A stretch of 64,000 nucleotides of DNA from assembly GCA_959600635.1 (NCBI GenBank), contig CAUGMN010000004.1, positions 990 through 64,989 on the forward strand. Direction: 5' to 3'. This DNA is from an uncultured Eubacteriales bacterium (lineage in GTDB: Bacteria > Bacillota > Clostridia > Oscillospirales > QAMX01). Below, in pieces: positions 48,017-57,767 of this stretch (position 1 is the stretch's first letter; each line of letters starts with the position of its first letter). The position numbers and the translations under genes were made by a program. The notes beneath the pieces are model-generated. The model did not search any database and had not been told where the DNA came from. It saw only the letters and a program-made list of their open reading frames with translations.

Positions 48017-50992
48017 TCAGCGCAGAGCTGTCGGCGTCTCGGGCCGCTCCTGCGAGCCGAGCGCGGCGAGCAGACTCCTGAGCCGGATCTTGACGGCGCC
48101 TAAATTGGTGATCTCGTCGATTTTGAGCTGGGTGTACAGCTTGCCGCGCCGCTCTAAAATCCGGCGAACCTCGTCGGAGGTGATCGCGTCGAGCCCGCAG
48201 CCGAAGGAGACGAGCTGTACCAGGTGCATATCCGGCTGTGTCGAGAGATATTCCGCGGCGGCGTAGAGCCGCGCGTGATACGTCCACTGATTCAGCACCT
48301 CGACGGGGTGCTTGGAGAGATGCGGCAGCAGCGCGTCCTCCGTGACGACCGCCGCGCCCAGCGAAGTGATCAGCCGCGGGATACCGTGGTGGATCTCCGG
48401 GTCGGTGTGATACGGCCGGCCGGCGAGCACGATGATGGGCAGGCCGCGTTCGCGCGCGCGGGCGATGACCGCCTCGCCTTCACGGGCGACCTCGCGCAGA
48501 TATCCGTCATAGGCGGCGTAGGCGCGTTTGGCGGCGGCCGCCACCTCCTGACAGGCGATATCCGGCCATACGGCGCTGAGATGCGCGTGCATTTTTTTCA
48601 CAAAGTCGCGGCGGCGGTGAAGGCCGATGAACGGATACAGGAATCGCACCCTGCGCACATCCGGCATATTCGCGGCGATAACCTCGGGGTAATAGGCCAC
48701 GACCGGACAGTTGAAATGGCGGTCGCCGAGCTTTTCGTCGGTGTTATAGCTCATGCAGGGGTAGAAAATGGTTTCGATCCCGTCGTCGATGAGCTGCTGG
48801 ACATGGCCGTGCATCAGCTTGGCCGGAAAACAGACCGTGTCCGACGGCAGAGAGGCCGCGCCCTTGATGTACAGCGGCCGGCCGGAGGGCGGGGAGAAAA
48901 CCGGCTCAAAGCCGAGGTGGGCAAAAAAAGCATGCCAAAACGGGCGCAGCTCGTACAGATTCAATCCAAACGGGAGACCGATACGCCCGCGCCGTGCGGC
49001 AGAAGCGGCCGCCGGACCGGAAGTCGCGCCGTGCGTCAGCAGCGTCCGCAGCTTGAAATCGCAGAGGTCGAGATCCGTGCTCTGCGCCTTATGCGTGACC
49101 GGCCGCTCACAGCGGTTGCCGCTGATATAGACGCGCCCGTCCGCAAAACGGTTGACGGTGAGCCGGCAGTTGTTCTCGCAGCCGCCGCAGCGCGCGTCGG
49201 TGACGGTATGCGTAAAATGGGCGAGCGCCTCGCGGGAGAGAATCGATCCGCCGCCGCGTTCGGCCGCGTAGAGCGCCGCGCCGTAAGCGCCCATGAGTCC
49301 GGCGATGTCGGGGCGCACCACCTCGACGCCCAGCTCCGCTTCAAAGGCGCGGAGCACAGCGTCGTTGAGAAACGTCCCGCCCTGCACGACGATCTTAGAG
49401 CCGAGCGCGCGCTTGTCGGAGACGCGGATGACCTTGTACAGAGCGTTTTTGACAACGCTGATGGACAGACCCGCCGAGATGTTTTCGACGCTGGCGCCGT
49501 CCTTCTGAGCCTGTTTGACCGAGGAATTCATAAAAACCGTGCAGCGCGAGCCGAGGTCGACCGGCCGGTCGGCGAACAGGCCGAGCCGCGCGAATTCCTC
49601 GGAGGTGTAGCCGAGCGCGCTGGCGAACGCCTGCAAAAACGAGCCGCAGCCTGAGGAGCAGGCCTCGTTTAAATATATGTTGTCGATCGCGCCGTTAGAA
49701 ATCTGCAAACATTTCATATCCTGCCCGCCGATGTCGATGATGAATTCGACGTCGGGCATGAAGCGTTTGGCGGCGATAAAATGCGCGACCGTCTCGACGA
49801 TGCCGCCGGAGAGCGAAAAGGCGCTTTGCATCAGCTCTTCGCCGTAGCCCGTGGCCGCGCCGCCGGCGATATGAAGCTGCGGATAGGCGTCGTAAATCCG
49901 CTCCAAACAGTCGCGGACGAGCGCGACGGGGCTGCCGTTATTCTCGCGGTATTCGGTAAATAAAAGCTCGCCGCCCTCGCCGACCAGCGCCAGCTTTGTC
50001 GTCGTCGAGCCCGCGTCAATGCCCAGATAAGCGCGGCCGGTATAGCTCGCCGGATCCGAGCGCGGCACGACATGCTGCGCATGCCGCCGCCGGAAATCGG
50101 CGTATTCCTCCGCGTTTTGAAAGAGCGGCGGAACGGCGAGATAGGCGTGCGTTTTTCCGTATGTATCGAGGCGGTCGAGCAGCGCGTCAAGGTCGCACGC
50201 TTCTGTGGCCGCGAACGCCGCGCCGAGGGAGACGTAGTAGAGCGCGTCGTCGGGGCATACGCCGGCGAGCCCGAGCGCCTTGTCAAAGCGCGCGCGCAGC
50301 TCCGAGAAAAAGTGGAGCGGGCCGCCGAGATACGCGACCTTTCCGGCGATCGGCCGCCCCTGCGCAAGGCCGCTGATGGTCTGATCGACGACGGCGCTGA
50401 GAATGCTGGCGGCGATGTCGCTTTTTTTGGCGCCCTGATTGACGAGCGGCTGAATGTCGGATTTGGCGAATACGCCGCAGCGCGAGGCGATCGTATACTG
50501 CTCGGTGGCGTTTTGCGCCTCCTCGTTGAGCTGCTCCGGCGTCAGGCCGAGCAGCGTCGCCATCTGGTCGATAAACGCGCCGGTCCCGCCCGCGCACGAG
50601 CCGTTCATGCGCACCTCGGTTCCGCCGGTGAGGAAGATGATCTTCGCGTCCTCCCCGCCGAGCTCAATGGCCGCGTCCGTTCCGGGGAGGAGGCGGTCGA
50701 GCGCCTTGCGCGTCGCATAGACCTCCTGCACAAACGGGATCCCGCACGATTCAGAGACGCCGAGTCCCGCCGAGCCGGAAACGGCGAGCAGCGCGCGCCG
50801 GCCGCCGAGCAGATCGCGGATTTTCCGAAGCAGCTGCGCCGCTTGGCTGGCGATCTGCGCGCCGTGCCGGTGATAGGCGCGGAAGATGATGTTGTCGTCG
50901 CGGTCTAAGATCGCGCATTTCAGCGTCGTGGAACCGATGTCGAGGCCGATCCGGACCGTATCGCGGTATTTTTGAATGTTGCTGTAATTCAT
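48017..50992 (-). CDS. Double BadF/BadG/BcrA/BcrD-type ATPase (dehydratase-activase-like) fused to a dehydratase-related C-terminal domain
   Basis: Two ASKHA ATPase modules (RIGLDIGSTTLKCAILD and YLGIDAGSTTTKLALV), each with downstream Cys motifs. Followed by a domain with CGGCENNCRL and FYPCMSYN. Start at ATG 50992. Confidence 0.7.
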   Translation of the reverse strand: MNYSNIQKYRDTVRIGLDIGSTTLKCAILDRDDNIIFRAYHRHGAQIASQAAQLLRKIRDLLGGRRALLAVSGSAGLGVSESCGIPFVQEVYATRKALDRLLPGTDAAIELGGEDAKIIFLTGGTEVRMNGSCAGGTGAFIDQMATLLGLTPEQLNEEAQNATEQYTIASRCGVFAKSDIQPLVNQGAKKSDIAASILSAVVDQTISGLAQGRPIAGKVAYLGGPLHFFSELRARFDKALGLAGVCPDDALYYVSLGAAFAATEACDLDALLDRLDTYGKTHAYLAVPPLFQNAEEYADFRRRHAQHVVPRSDPASYTGRAYLGIDAGSTTTKLALVGEGGELLFTEYRENNGSPVALVRDCLERIYDAYPQLHIAGGAATGYGEELMQSAFSLSGGIVETVAHFIAAKRFMPDVEFIIDIGGQDMKCLQISNGAIDNIYLNEACSSGCGSFLQAFASALGYTSEEFARLGLFADRPVDLGSRCTVFMNSSVKQAQKDGASVENISAGLSISVVKNALYKVIRVSDKRALGSKIVVQGGTFLNDAVLRAFEAELGVEVVRPDIAGLMGAYGAALYAAERGGGSILSREALAHFTHTVTDARCGGCENNCRLTVNRFADGRVYISGNRCERPVTHKAQSTDLDLCDFKLRTLLTHGATSGPAAASAARRGRIGLPFGLNLYELRPFWHAFFAHLGFEPVFSPPSGRPLYIKGAASLPSDTVCFPAKLMHGHVQQLIDDGIETIFYPCMSYNTDEKLGDRHFNCPVVAYYPEVIAANMPDVRRVRFLYPFIGLHRRRDFVKKMHAHLSAVWPDIACQEVAAAAKRAYAAYDGYLREVAREGEAVIARARERGLPIIVLAGRPYHTDPEIHHGIPRLITSLGAAVVTEDALLPHLSKHPVEVLNQWTYHARLYAAAEYLSTQPDMHLVQLVSFGCGLDAITSDEVRRILERRGKLYTQLKIDEITNLGAVKIRLRSLLAALGSQERPETPTALR

Positions 50993-51237
50993 CGATCTCT
51001 CTCTGCATTCTAAGATTCGTTGACGTGCTCCGCCGTATGGGCGGAGTAGCGAAAGACATTTTGTGGAACGCTGAAAAAACAGCGTCCCGCCGCGGCTCGA
51101 AAGCGTTGGCGGGAGCGGGACGCATTTCAATCGTCTTTTCACACGCAGGCGCCGAACGGAATGTAACGGCGGGAAACGCCGTCCTTGGACCCTGAGGAGC
51201 TTCTTTCGCGTGTCCGTTCGGAGGACCGGAAAGAGAA

Positions 51238-52305
51238 TCAGCTTTTCACCTTCTGCGCCTCAGGGTGCTTGGCTTTGATAAACGCCGTCGAAAAATGACG
51301 GCTGACAAAGGAGATGGAAAACGCCATCATGATATTGAGAAAACAACTCTCCGTTTTCATAACGCGGACGGCCGTGTTCATCACAAAGCCGCGCGGCCGG
51401 TACCGGCGGATGGCGGCGCGCACCTGCTCATTTGTGAGAATCTCGCGGATTTTTGCCTTTTTTTCCGCGAGCGGATACGGGCAGGAGGGCAGAAACAAGT
51501 TTGTTTCGCAGGAGAGAATGCTTTTTAGGTACATATAATTGATCTCCTGCATGGATTGGTCGTCGCCGATGCCGCGGACGCGCTGAAATTCCTGAATCGT
51601 CTTGTCAAAACGGTTGCAGACCTCGAATTTCTTGTCGTAGAATTTTGAAACCAGACTTTCCTTAGAACGGATGAAGTAATTGTATAGGCACTGGTCGGAG
51701 ATATAAATCGTTTCGCAGAGGGGCAGCACGTCGAAGACAAACAACCGGTCCTCGCCGTACCGGTAATCCAGGAACCGGCAGTGATGATCCCGGAGCACCG
51801 AGGCGCGGTAGACCTTGTTCCAGACCTGATTGAGCAGATTGTTCTGATACAGAGCGCCGAAGTGACGATCCAGAGCGTTTCTGTCGGGCAAAAAGGTCTC
51901 CGGATACGAATAGACAAAATCAGTCGCGCCGGCGACATTTTTGGTTCGAAAGCCGAAGATCATCAAGTCGCAGCGATAAGCGGCGAGCTTGTCCGCGATC
52001 AGGGAAAGCGCGTCCGGCTGGATGGTATCGTCGCTGTCAAGAAACATGATGTAGCGGCCGGCAGCCGCGTCGATGCCGGTGTTGCGCGCAACCGCCGGCC
52101 CGGCGTTTTCCTGGGAGATCAGGCGGACGCGTTCGTCCCGCCGCTGAAAGTCGCGCAGGAGGTCGATTGTCCCGTCAGTAGAGCCGTCATCCACCAGAAT
52201 CAGCTCAAAGTTCGCATAACTCTGCGCAAGGACACAGGAAAGCGTGTCCGATATTACATCGACGACGTTATATATGGGGATGATGATGCTGATCTCTGGC
52301 GACAA
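51238..52305 (-). CDS. Family 2 glycosyltransferase
   Basis: ISIIIPIYNVVD...AQSYANFELILVDDGSTDGT...DSDD motifs. The TTG start at 52305 (after GGAGGG) is uncertain. Confidence 0.8.
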   Translation of the reverse strand: MSPEISIIIPIYNVVDVISDTLSCVLAQSYANFELILVDDGSTDGTIDLLRDFQRRDERVRLISQENAGPAVARNTGIDAAAGRYIMFLDSDDTIQPDALSLIADKLAAYRCDLMIFGFRTKNVAGATDFVYSYPETFLPDRNALDRHFGALYQNNLLNQVWNKVYRASVLRDHHCRFLDYRYGEDRLFVFDVLPLCETIYISDQCLYNYFIRSKESLVSKFYDKKFEVCNRFDKTIQEFQRVRGIGDDQSMQEINYMYLKSILSCETNLFLPSCPYPLAEKKAKIREILTNEQVRAAIRRYRPRGFVMNTAVRVMKTESCFLNIMMAFSISFVSRHFSTAFIKAKHPEAQKVKS

Positions 52306-52533
52306 ATCAATCCCTCCGTACAAAAAACGGCGCGGCTCGGGAAAAGGAGACTCATGTCCGCGTGCCGGTAATAGGTCAAAATTTCATGCGGCGTCTGAGG
52401 AACGCATCTACTATACACCATTTTATTATAACACACGCCGCAATCAATTTCAACTCTATTTTTTGAACAGAAACGGCGGACTGGGAGCGCGCCTGCCTAC
52501 CGTGTCCGACCTATGGCGTTCCATAGGCAGGCT

Positions 52534-53379
52534 TTATCGATCTTCTAACTCCGGCGGGACGGGTTTATTGTTTTTTCTGTCCTTGACCCGCGGGATCAGG
52601 CTGCCCGCCAGCTTGCCCTTGCCGCGGTTCTTGACGTAAAAAAAGCCGATGACCGAGAAAACGACGGCGCCGATAAAGTTGACGAAGAGGTCTTTCATGG
52701 TGTCGATCAGGCCGATGTCGAGATAGCCGCCCAAAAGCGCTGTCCAGTCCTCGCCGTTGACGACGACGCTTTCGATGTCGACGTGGTGAACGACGTTGAG
52801 TCCGTTGGGGTCGAGCTTGACGGTGTTGATCGCCGTGACAATGGAATCCTTCTGCATATCGATATGCAGAAGCTGGTCGGCCGCAAACTCAAAGAACTCC
52901 CACAGCACGCCGATGGTCATCGAAAAGCAGAAGGCGACGACAGAAAGAAAAAAAGGCGAGAGCCGAAAGGAGACGTTTTCATTGCGGTTCAGAATATCCA
53001 CAAGAGCAAAACCGACGGCCGCCATCAAAAAGCCGGTAACGGTGTGAAGCATGGCGTCCCAGTAGGGGACCTTGGTAAAAAAAGACGAGATCTCGCCGAG
53101 AATTTCCGCAGCGAAGATGAAGAGAAAGACAACGTTTTCCAGCGCGGGCGGGAGGTCGATGCCGAGGCGGCGGTCGATAAAGCCGGGGACGGCAAATAAA
53201 ACGAGCGTCAGGAGGCCGATAAAGACGTTTTCATAGTTTCCGATCCAAAATTGCCGGAAAATAATGATGATCACAATGATGGAAAGGATGCTCCGCACCG
53301 TCAAACGGTCGCGGAGCCGCGTGTCGAGCATCAGCTTTTTCGCGGATTGTTGGTTGGACGGTTGAGGTTTCCGCTTCAC
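52534..53379 (-). CDS. Hypothetical polytopic membrane protein
   Basis: Six or more hydrophobic segments with natural composition. No family confidently recognised. GTG start is uncertain. Confidence 0.55.
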   Translation of the reverse strand: MKRKPQPSNQQSAKKLMLDTRLRDRLTVRSILSIIVIIIIFRQFWIGNYENVFIGLLTLVLFAVPGFIDRRLGIDLPPALENVVFLFIFAAEILGEISSFFTKVPYWDAMLHTVTGFLMAAVGFALVDILNRNENVSFRLSPFFLSVVAFCFSMTIGVLWEFFEFAADQLLHIDMQKDSIVTAINTVKLDPNGLNVVHHVDIESVVVNGEDWTALLGGYLDIGLIDTMKDLFVNFIGAVVFSVIGFFYVKNRGKGKLAGSLIPRVKDRKNNKPVPPELEDR

Positions 53380-53685
53380 AGCGAGAACAGCTCCTTTCGA
53401 TAAACGCCCGCGGCGAATGGCGGGCGCGACAAATCACGGCGACGCTTCGGGGCGGCGGACGCCAAGGCCAAACCGAACGAAAAAAGGCGAAAAACGCGGG
53501 CGAAGCGTATGGAACGCTTCCGCCTTTGCGCAGCCTGCGGCCGCTTTGGAAAGCGGCCTGTCTGCAAAAAACAGAGCGCGTCACGCCGCAATCCGTTTCA
53601 ACAGACCTTATTATATCATTTTATTGCCGTCAGATCAATAAAATGATGAAGAAAAGAGAATTTATTTCGACCGGAGCGCCGTTCC

Positions 53686-53714
53686 TTGCAAAGCCTGCGC
53701 CCGTCTGCTATAAT
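53686..53714 (+). promoter_or_regulatory. Promoter candidate for the 53780 glycoside-hydrolase-like gene
   Basis: TTGCAA, 17 nt, TATAAT. Confidence 0.6.
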
Positions 53715-53779
53715 AACAGATAGACGGCCTGCCCCCACCCGGCGCGGCGGCCTAAGAAAAGACAAAGGAGATAAGAGAT

Positions 53780-56152
53780 ATGGCGAATTTATTGAAAGCG
53801 CAGATTATCGCCTGCGAGCCGCTGACAGAAAAACAGCGGCGTTTTGCGGAGATTCTTTGCGAAGAGGTAGAAAAGCGCACAGGCGTGCGGCTGCCCATAG
53901 CCCCCGCGGCGCAGCCGGGCCGCCCGGCGATTACGCTCTCCGTAAACGGCGCCGGCACGGCGGACTGGGCCGACCTTGCGCAGCCGGCGGCGGAGGGCTA
54001 TCGCCTTGGGATATCGGACGACGGCGTTTGGATCGACGGCGCCGACACGCGCGGCCTGCTCTACGGAATCGGCAAGCTGCTCCGCGTCTCGCGGCTGAAA
54101 AAGGGCGAATTCACGGCGCCGGACGGCCTGCGCCTGTCGGAATCGCCGCGTTTTGCCCTGCGCGGCCACCAGCTCGGCTACCGCCCCAAGACAAACGCCT
54201 ACGACGCGTGGACGCCGGAGATCTACGCGCAGTACATCCGCGAGCTGGCGCTGTTCGGCGCCAACAGCATCGAGTTTGTCCCGCCGCGCACCGACGACGA
54301 CGAGACGGGGCCGCATCTGAAATACGATCCGCTGTTTATGCTCAATCACGTCTCGCGCGTCTGCGATTCGCTTGATCTCGACGTCTGGCTCTGGTATCCC
54401 AACATCGGTGCGCCCGATACATGGTACCCCGATTCGGGAAACGACAAAGAGTTTATGAAGCCGGACAACCTGAAAGCAAATCTCGCCGAACGCGCCGAGG
54501 TCTTCGCGGCGATGCCGCGGCTTGACCATCTGATGATCCCCGGCGGCGATCCGGGCGGGCTGACGGCGCAGGACCTGTTCGACTTTTCCGAGCTGGAAGC
54601 GGAGCTTCTGCACAAAACGCACCCGAACGCCAAAATCTGGATCGCGCCGCAGGCCTTTAACCCGACCGACGAATGGCTGGATACGTTTTTTGAAAACGTC
54701 CGGCGGCTGCCGGCGTGGCTGGGCGGCATGGTGTTTGCGCCGTGGGAGAAGTATTCGCTGCCGAAGCTGCGCGAGCTGACGCCGCCCTCGCTGCCCATCC
54801 GCCTGTATCCCGATATCACCCACAGCACCCACTGTCAGTTTGTCATCCCGAACTGGGATACGGCGTTTGCGCTGACGCTCGGCCGCGAGTGTATCAACCC
54901 GCGCCCCGTGGCTGAGAAACACATTCATAATTGGCTGATTCAGACCGATGTCGTCGGCTCGCTCTCCTATTCGGAGGGGATTAACGACGACGTCAATAAA
55001 TTCGTATGGAGCGGGCAGGACTGGAATCCCGAAACGCCGGTGGAGCAAACCGTCCGCGAATATGTGCGGTTTTTCCTGTCGCCGGACGTTGAGGACAGCG
55101 TGACCGAGGGAATTTTCGAGCTGGAACGCCATTTTGAAGGGCCGCTGCTCGCCAATCCCCAGATCGAAAAAACGCTGGCGCGTTTTCTTGAACTCGAACG
55201 GGCGGCGAACGAAGGCCTGCAAAACAACTACCGCTTCGAGATGTGCCTGCTGCGCGCCTGCTTCGACGCCTATATCAAGGCGCGGCTCGTCCATGAGACG
55301 GCGCTGACCGCGCGCGCCGAAGAGCTGCTGCGCGGCGAGGGGACGGCGGAGGAGCGCATGGCGCGCGCCGAGGCCGCGCTGCGCGAAAAGACGGAACGGC
55401 CCGTGGCCGTCAACCTGCGCGAGAAATGCCTGGCGCTGGCCGACCGGCTGTTTGCGCATATCGGCTCGCAGCTGACGACGAAAAAGCACCTCGCGCTCAA
55501 CACCGAGCGCGGCGCCTTCCTCGACAATCTCGACCTCTGGGTGACCGACGGCGGGATGTATCTCGCCGCCTTCGAGCGCATCCGCGCTTTGCCGGACGAA
55601 GCCGAACGCGCCGCCGCGCTCAACCGCCTGCTGACGCGCACGGACGCGGGCGCAGACGGGTTCTACGACAGCTTCGGCGTCGGCGGCGGCGCTTCGCTGG
55701 AACGCATCGTTTTTCAGCACGACTGGGCCGATGACCCCGGAGCGCTGGAAACGCCGCTCATTATTCAGAAGCCGGCGCTCCGCTATGACGCGGCGCGTTT
55801 CCACGGCAGCGAATACGCGGCCGTGGCCGGCGCGCTCGTCAAAGGGCTCGATATCCCGCCGCTCGCGTGGGTCAGCGGCGTCGGCATCTATTACGACGCG
55901 CCGCTGGAAATCCGCTACCCGCGGATTGCGAAAGGCCGCTATACGGTTCAAATCACCGGCCTGTGGAACGGCGGCTTCCACCTCTATGCCAACGGCGTCC
56001 AAATCGACACGACGCCGGAGATGAAAGGGCCGGTCTACGCCTTTGAGCTGACGGAAGAAATGACGGCGGCGGGCAGCCTGTCGCTGGTCTGGAAACAGGA
56101 GGACGACGGCCAGCAGCCGTATATCGCCGAGATTCTCATCCGCAGGAAATAA
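53780..56152 (+). CDS. Putative cytoplasmic glycoside hydrolase, family unassigned
   Basis: The N-terminal module with GADTRGLLYGIGKLLR resembles the alpha/beta N-domain seen in GH20/GH67/GH115-type enzymes. It is followed by a TIM-barrel-like region (RGHQLGYRPKTNAYDAW...ANSIEFVPP). No signal peptide. Confidence 0.4.
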   Translation: MANLLKAQIIACEPLTEKQRRFAEILCEEVEKRTGVRLPIAPAAQPGRPAITLSVNGAGTADWADLAQPAAEGYRLGISDDGVWIDGADTRGLLYGIGKLLRVSRLKKGEFTAPDGLRLSESPRFALRGHQLGYRPKTNAYDAWTPEIYAQYIRELALFGANSIEFVPPRTDDDETGPHLKYDPLFMLNHVSRVCDSLDLDVWLWYPNIGAPDTWYPDSGNDKEFMKPDNLKANLAERAEVFAAMPRLDHLMIPGGDPGGLTAQDLFDFSELEAELLHKTHPNAKIWIAPQAFNPTDEWLDTFFENVRRLPAWLGGMVFAPWEKYSLPKLRELTPPSLPIRLYPDITHSTHCQFVIPNWDTAFALTLGRECINPRPVAEKHIHNWLIQTDVVGSLSYSEGINDDVNKFVWSGQDWNPETPVEQTVREYVRFFLSPDVEDSVTEGIFELERHFEGPLLANPQIEKTLARFLELERAANEGLQNNYRFEMCLLRACFDAYIKARLVHETALTARAEELLRGEGTAEERMARAEAALREKTERPVAVNLREKCLALADRLFAHIGSQLTTKKHLALNTERGAFLDNLDLWVTDGGMYLAAFERIRALPDEAERAAALNRLLTRTDAGADGFYDSFGVGGGASLERIVFQHDWADDPGALETPLIIQKPALRYDAARFHGSEYAAVAGALVKGLDIPPLAWVSGVGIYYDAPLEIRYPRIAKGRYTVQITGLWNGGFHLYANGVQIDTTPEMKGPVYAFELTEEMTAAGSLSLVWKQEDDGQQPYIAEILIRRK

Positions 56153-56163
56153 CGGAAGAGCGC

Positions 56164-56198
56164 AAAACCGCGCACGCCAACAAGCGTGCGCGGTTTTT
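56164..56198 (+). terminator. Rho-independent terminator
   Basis: AAAACCGCGCACGC caacaa GCGTGCGCGGTTTT. Confidence 0.9.
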
Positions 56199-56227
56199 AA
56201 CACAACGCAGGAAATCAATAAAAAAGA

Positions 56228-56256
56228 TTGACAAATAAGGACGTGAAATATATAAT
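56228..56256 (+). promoter_or_regulatory. Perfect consensus sigma-A promoter
   Basis: TTGACA, exactly 17 nt, TATAAT. Confidence 0.75.
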
Positions 56257-56476
56257 TATTTTATAACAAGGGCGGCCGCATACGCTCAGCGACGGATCTC
56301 TGCCGCATATTTCCATCGGCGCGATGCCGGTTCGTATGGCCGGTTCGTATGGGTGGTTCAGCCGCTGACCAAGCTTCGGGCCGGAGTTCGGGATACGTTT
56401 GTACAATGCATAAGCGATGCGGTCGATCACCGCCGCCCATCGCAAAGAGCGCCGCCTGTCCGGCGAAAGAGAAGGG

Positions 56477-57292
56477 ATGATCATGGACAAAAGCAAGAAA
56501 ATTCGTCTGCCGGTGAAGATCGCAAACGCCGCCGCCGCTGCGGCCGCGTTCGCGCTGTATTTTGTCCTCTGCTACCGCGCATGGGACGGTCCTTACGCGC
56601 CGAATGCGGATACCCGGCTGTACGGCTCGCTCCTCGCCGCTCTGGCAGGCGCTTTACCGCTGGCCTTCGGCCGCTACGCCTATACGCTTTCCTTCCTGTT
56701 GAGCTTTCTTTTGGGCGTGCGGGAAAACCGGCGCTTTGCCGAGGCGGGCATGACCGCTTCCGACGCGGTGCGGACCTCGAAGATGCTGGTGATTCTCTTC
56801 GCTCAGTGCGGCGCGATCCTCGGCGTTCTCCTCGAATTTGCGCTGGCCTGCTGGCTTGGCCGCCGCGAAGGCGTCGGAGCCGTTCTGAGCCGCCTGCTGA
56901 AAAACCGCTTTGTGCAGGCGGGGCTTGTGTTTCTCTGCCTCGCCGTGGCCATGGGCGACCCGCTGTTCCGCAACGGAAGGTATTGGCCGGGGGAGCGGGT
57001 CATGCTTGTCTGCTGCGCGGGGGCGCTGCCGTTTCTGTTCCGCTATTACGCGACGGGCGGGCTGTACCTGATCGGCTATGTCGTCGCCAACCAGATCGGA
57101 AACGCGCGGAGCGTGATGGCGCATCCGTACGGAACCGTGCCGTACGGTACGGCGAACGGCGGCATGACGCATCTGATGCTCGTCGTGCTGTTCGTCCTGC
57201 TCGGTCTGGCGGCCGATACGGCGCGCCTGCTGTACCGGAGCTGCGCGGGGAAGCGGGAGAAACCAAACGAGCGGGAGGAAAAAGCGCAGTAA
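56477..57292 (+). CDS. Hypothetical polytopic membrane protein
   Basis: ATG after GAGAAGGG. Several TM segments. No family recognised. Confidence 0.55.
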   Translation: MIMDKSKKIRLPVKIANAAAAAAAFALYFVLCYRAWDGPYAPNADTRLYGSLLAALAGALPLAFGRYAYTLSFLLSFLLGVRENRRFAEAGMTASDAVRTSKMLVILFAQCGAILGVLLEFALACWLGRREGVGAVLSRLLKNRFVQAGLVFLCLAVAMGDPLFRNGRYWPGERVMLVCCAGALPFLFRYYATGGLYLIGYVVANQIGNARSVMAHPYGTVPYGTANGGMTHLMLVVLFVLLGLAADTARLLYRSCAGKREKPNEREEKAQ

Positions 57293-57655
57293 AGGGCGGC
57301 GGCGCGCCTGTTTCAAAAAGAGCTTCCATCACTTTTTTTTGAATTGAACATAACATATTGTCGCCGTGATTGGCTTACTATACTTGTCCATAAAAGGCCG
57401 CAGAAAGAAATATTACAATTTTGAAATACCAGAATTACAAGACGCAGCCGCGATAGCTGCGTCCTCTTTTTTGAGATTTAGGCGTGCGGATTGATACAAA
57501 TCCTCCCACCTGCGTTAAAGGCTGTGGCAAATAAAAGGATGGTAAAGATTATTAAACCGCAAATATATTTAAATAAGAAAAAGGACTATAAAATAATATA
57601 GACATATAAAACAGCCTGTTTTATAAAATATAAGAGGTATATTTCTTTAAATATA

Positions 57656-57684
57656 TTGACAATACAGAAATGGTTGTATATAAT
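57656..57684 (+). promoter_or_regulatory. Consensus sigma-A promoter for the solute-binding protein gene
   Basis: TTGACA, 17 nt, TATAAT, inside an AT-rich intergenic region. Confidence 0.75.
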
Positions 57685-57767
57685 AATAGACATCTAATTC
57701 CATTCCAAGAAGGAATGGAGATCAGCCGGAGCAGATTGGCTCTGAATTTAATTTGGGAGGAAAAGAC

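Noticed and set aside
53789-56218. 809-aa ORF antisense to the 53780..56152 gene
   Set aside because: Shadow-ORF composition (very Arg/Ala-rich) and no RBS. The same logic rejects 35108..36928, 37005..38099, 48224..49654, 50072..50908, 60618..61631, 58428..59237, 27225..28376, 25036..26496, 16802..17941, 16041..16868, 14529..15452, 11946..13166, 19071..20006, 30379..31344, 38333..39112 and 56353..57342.
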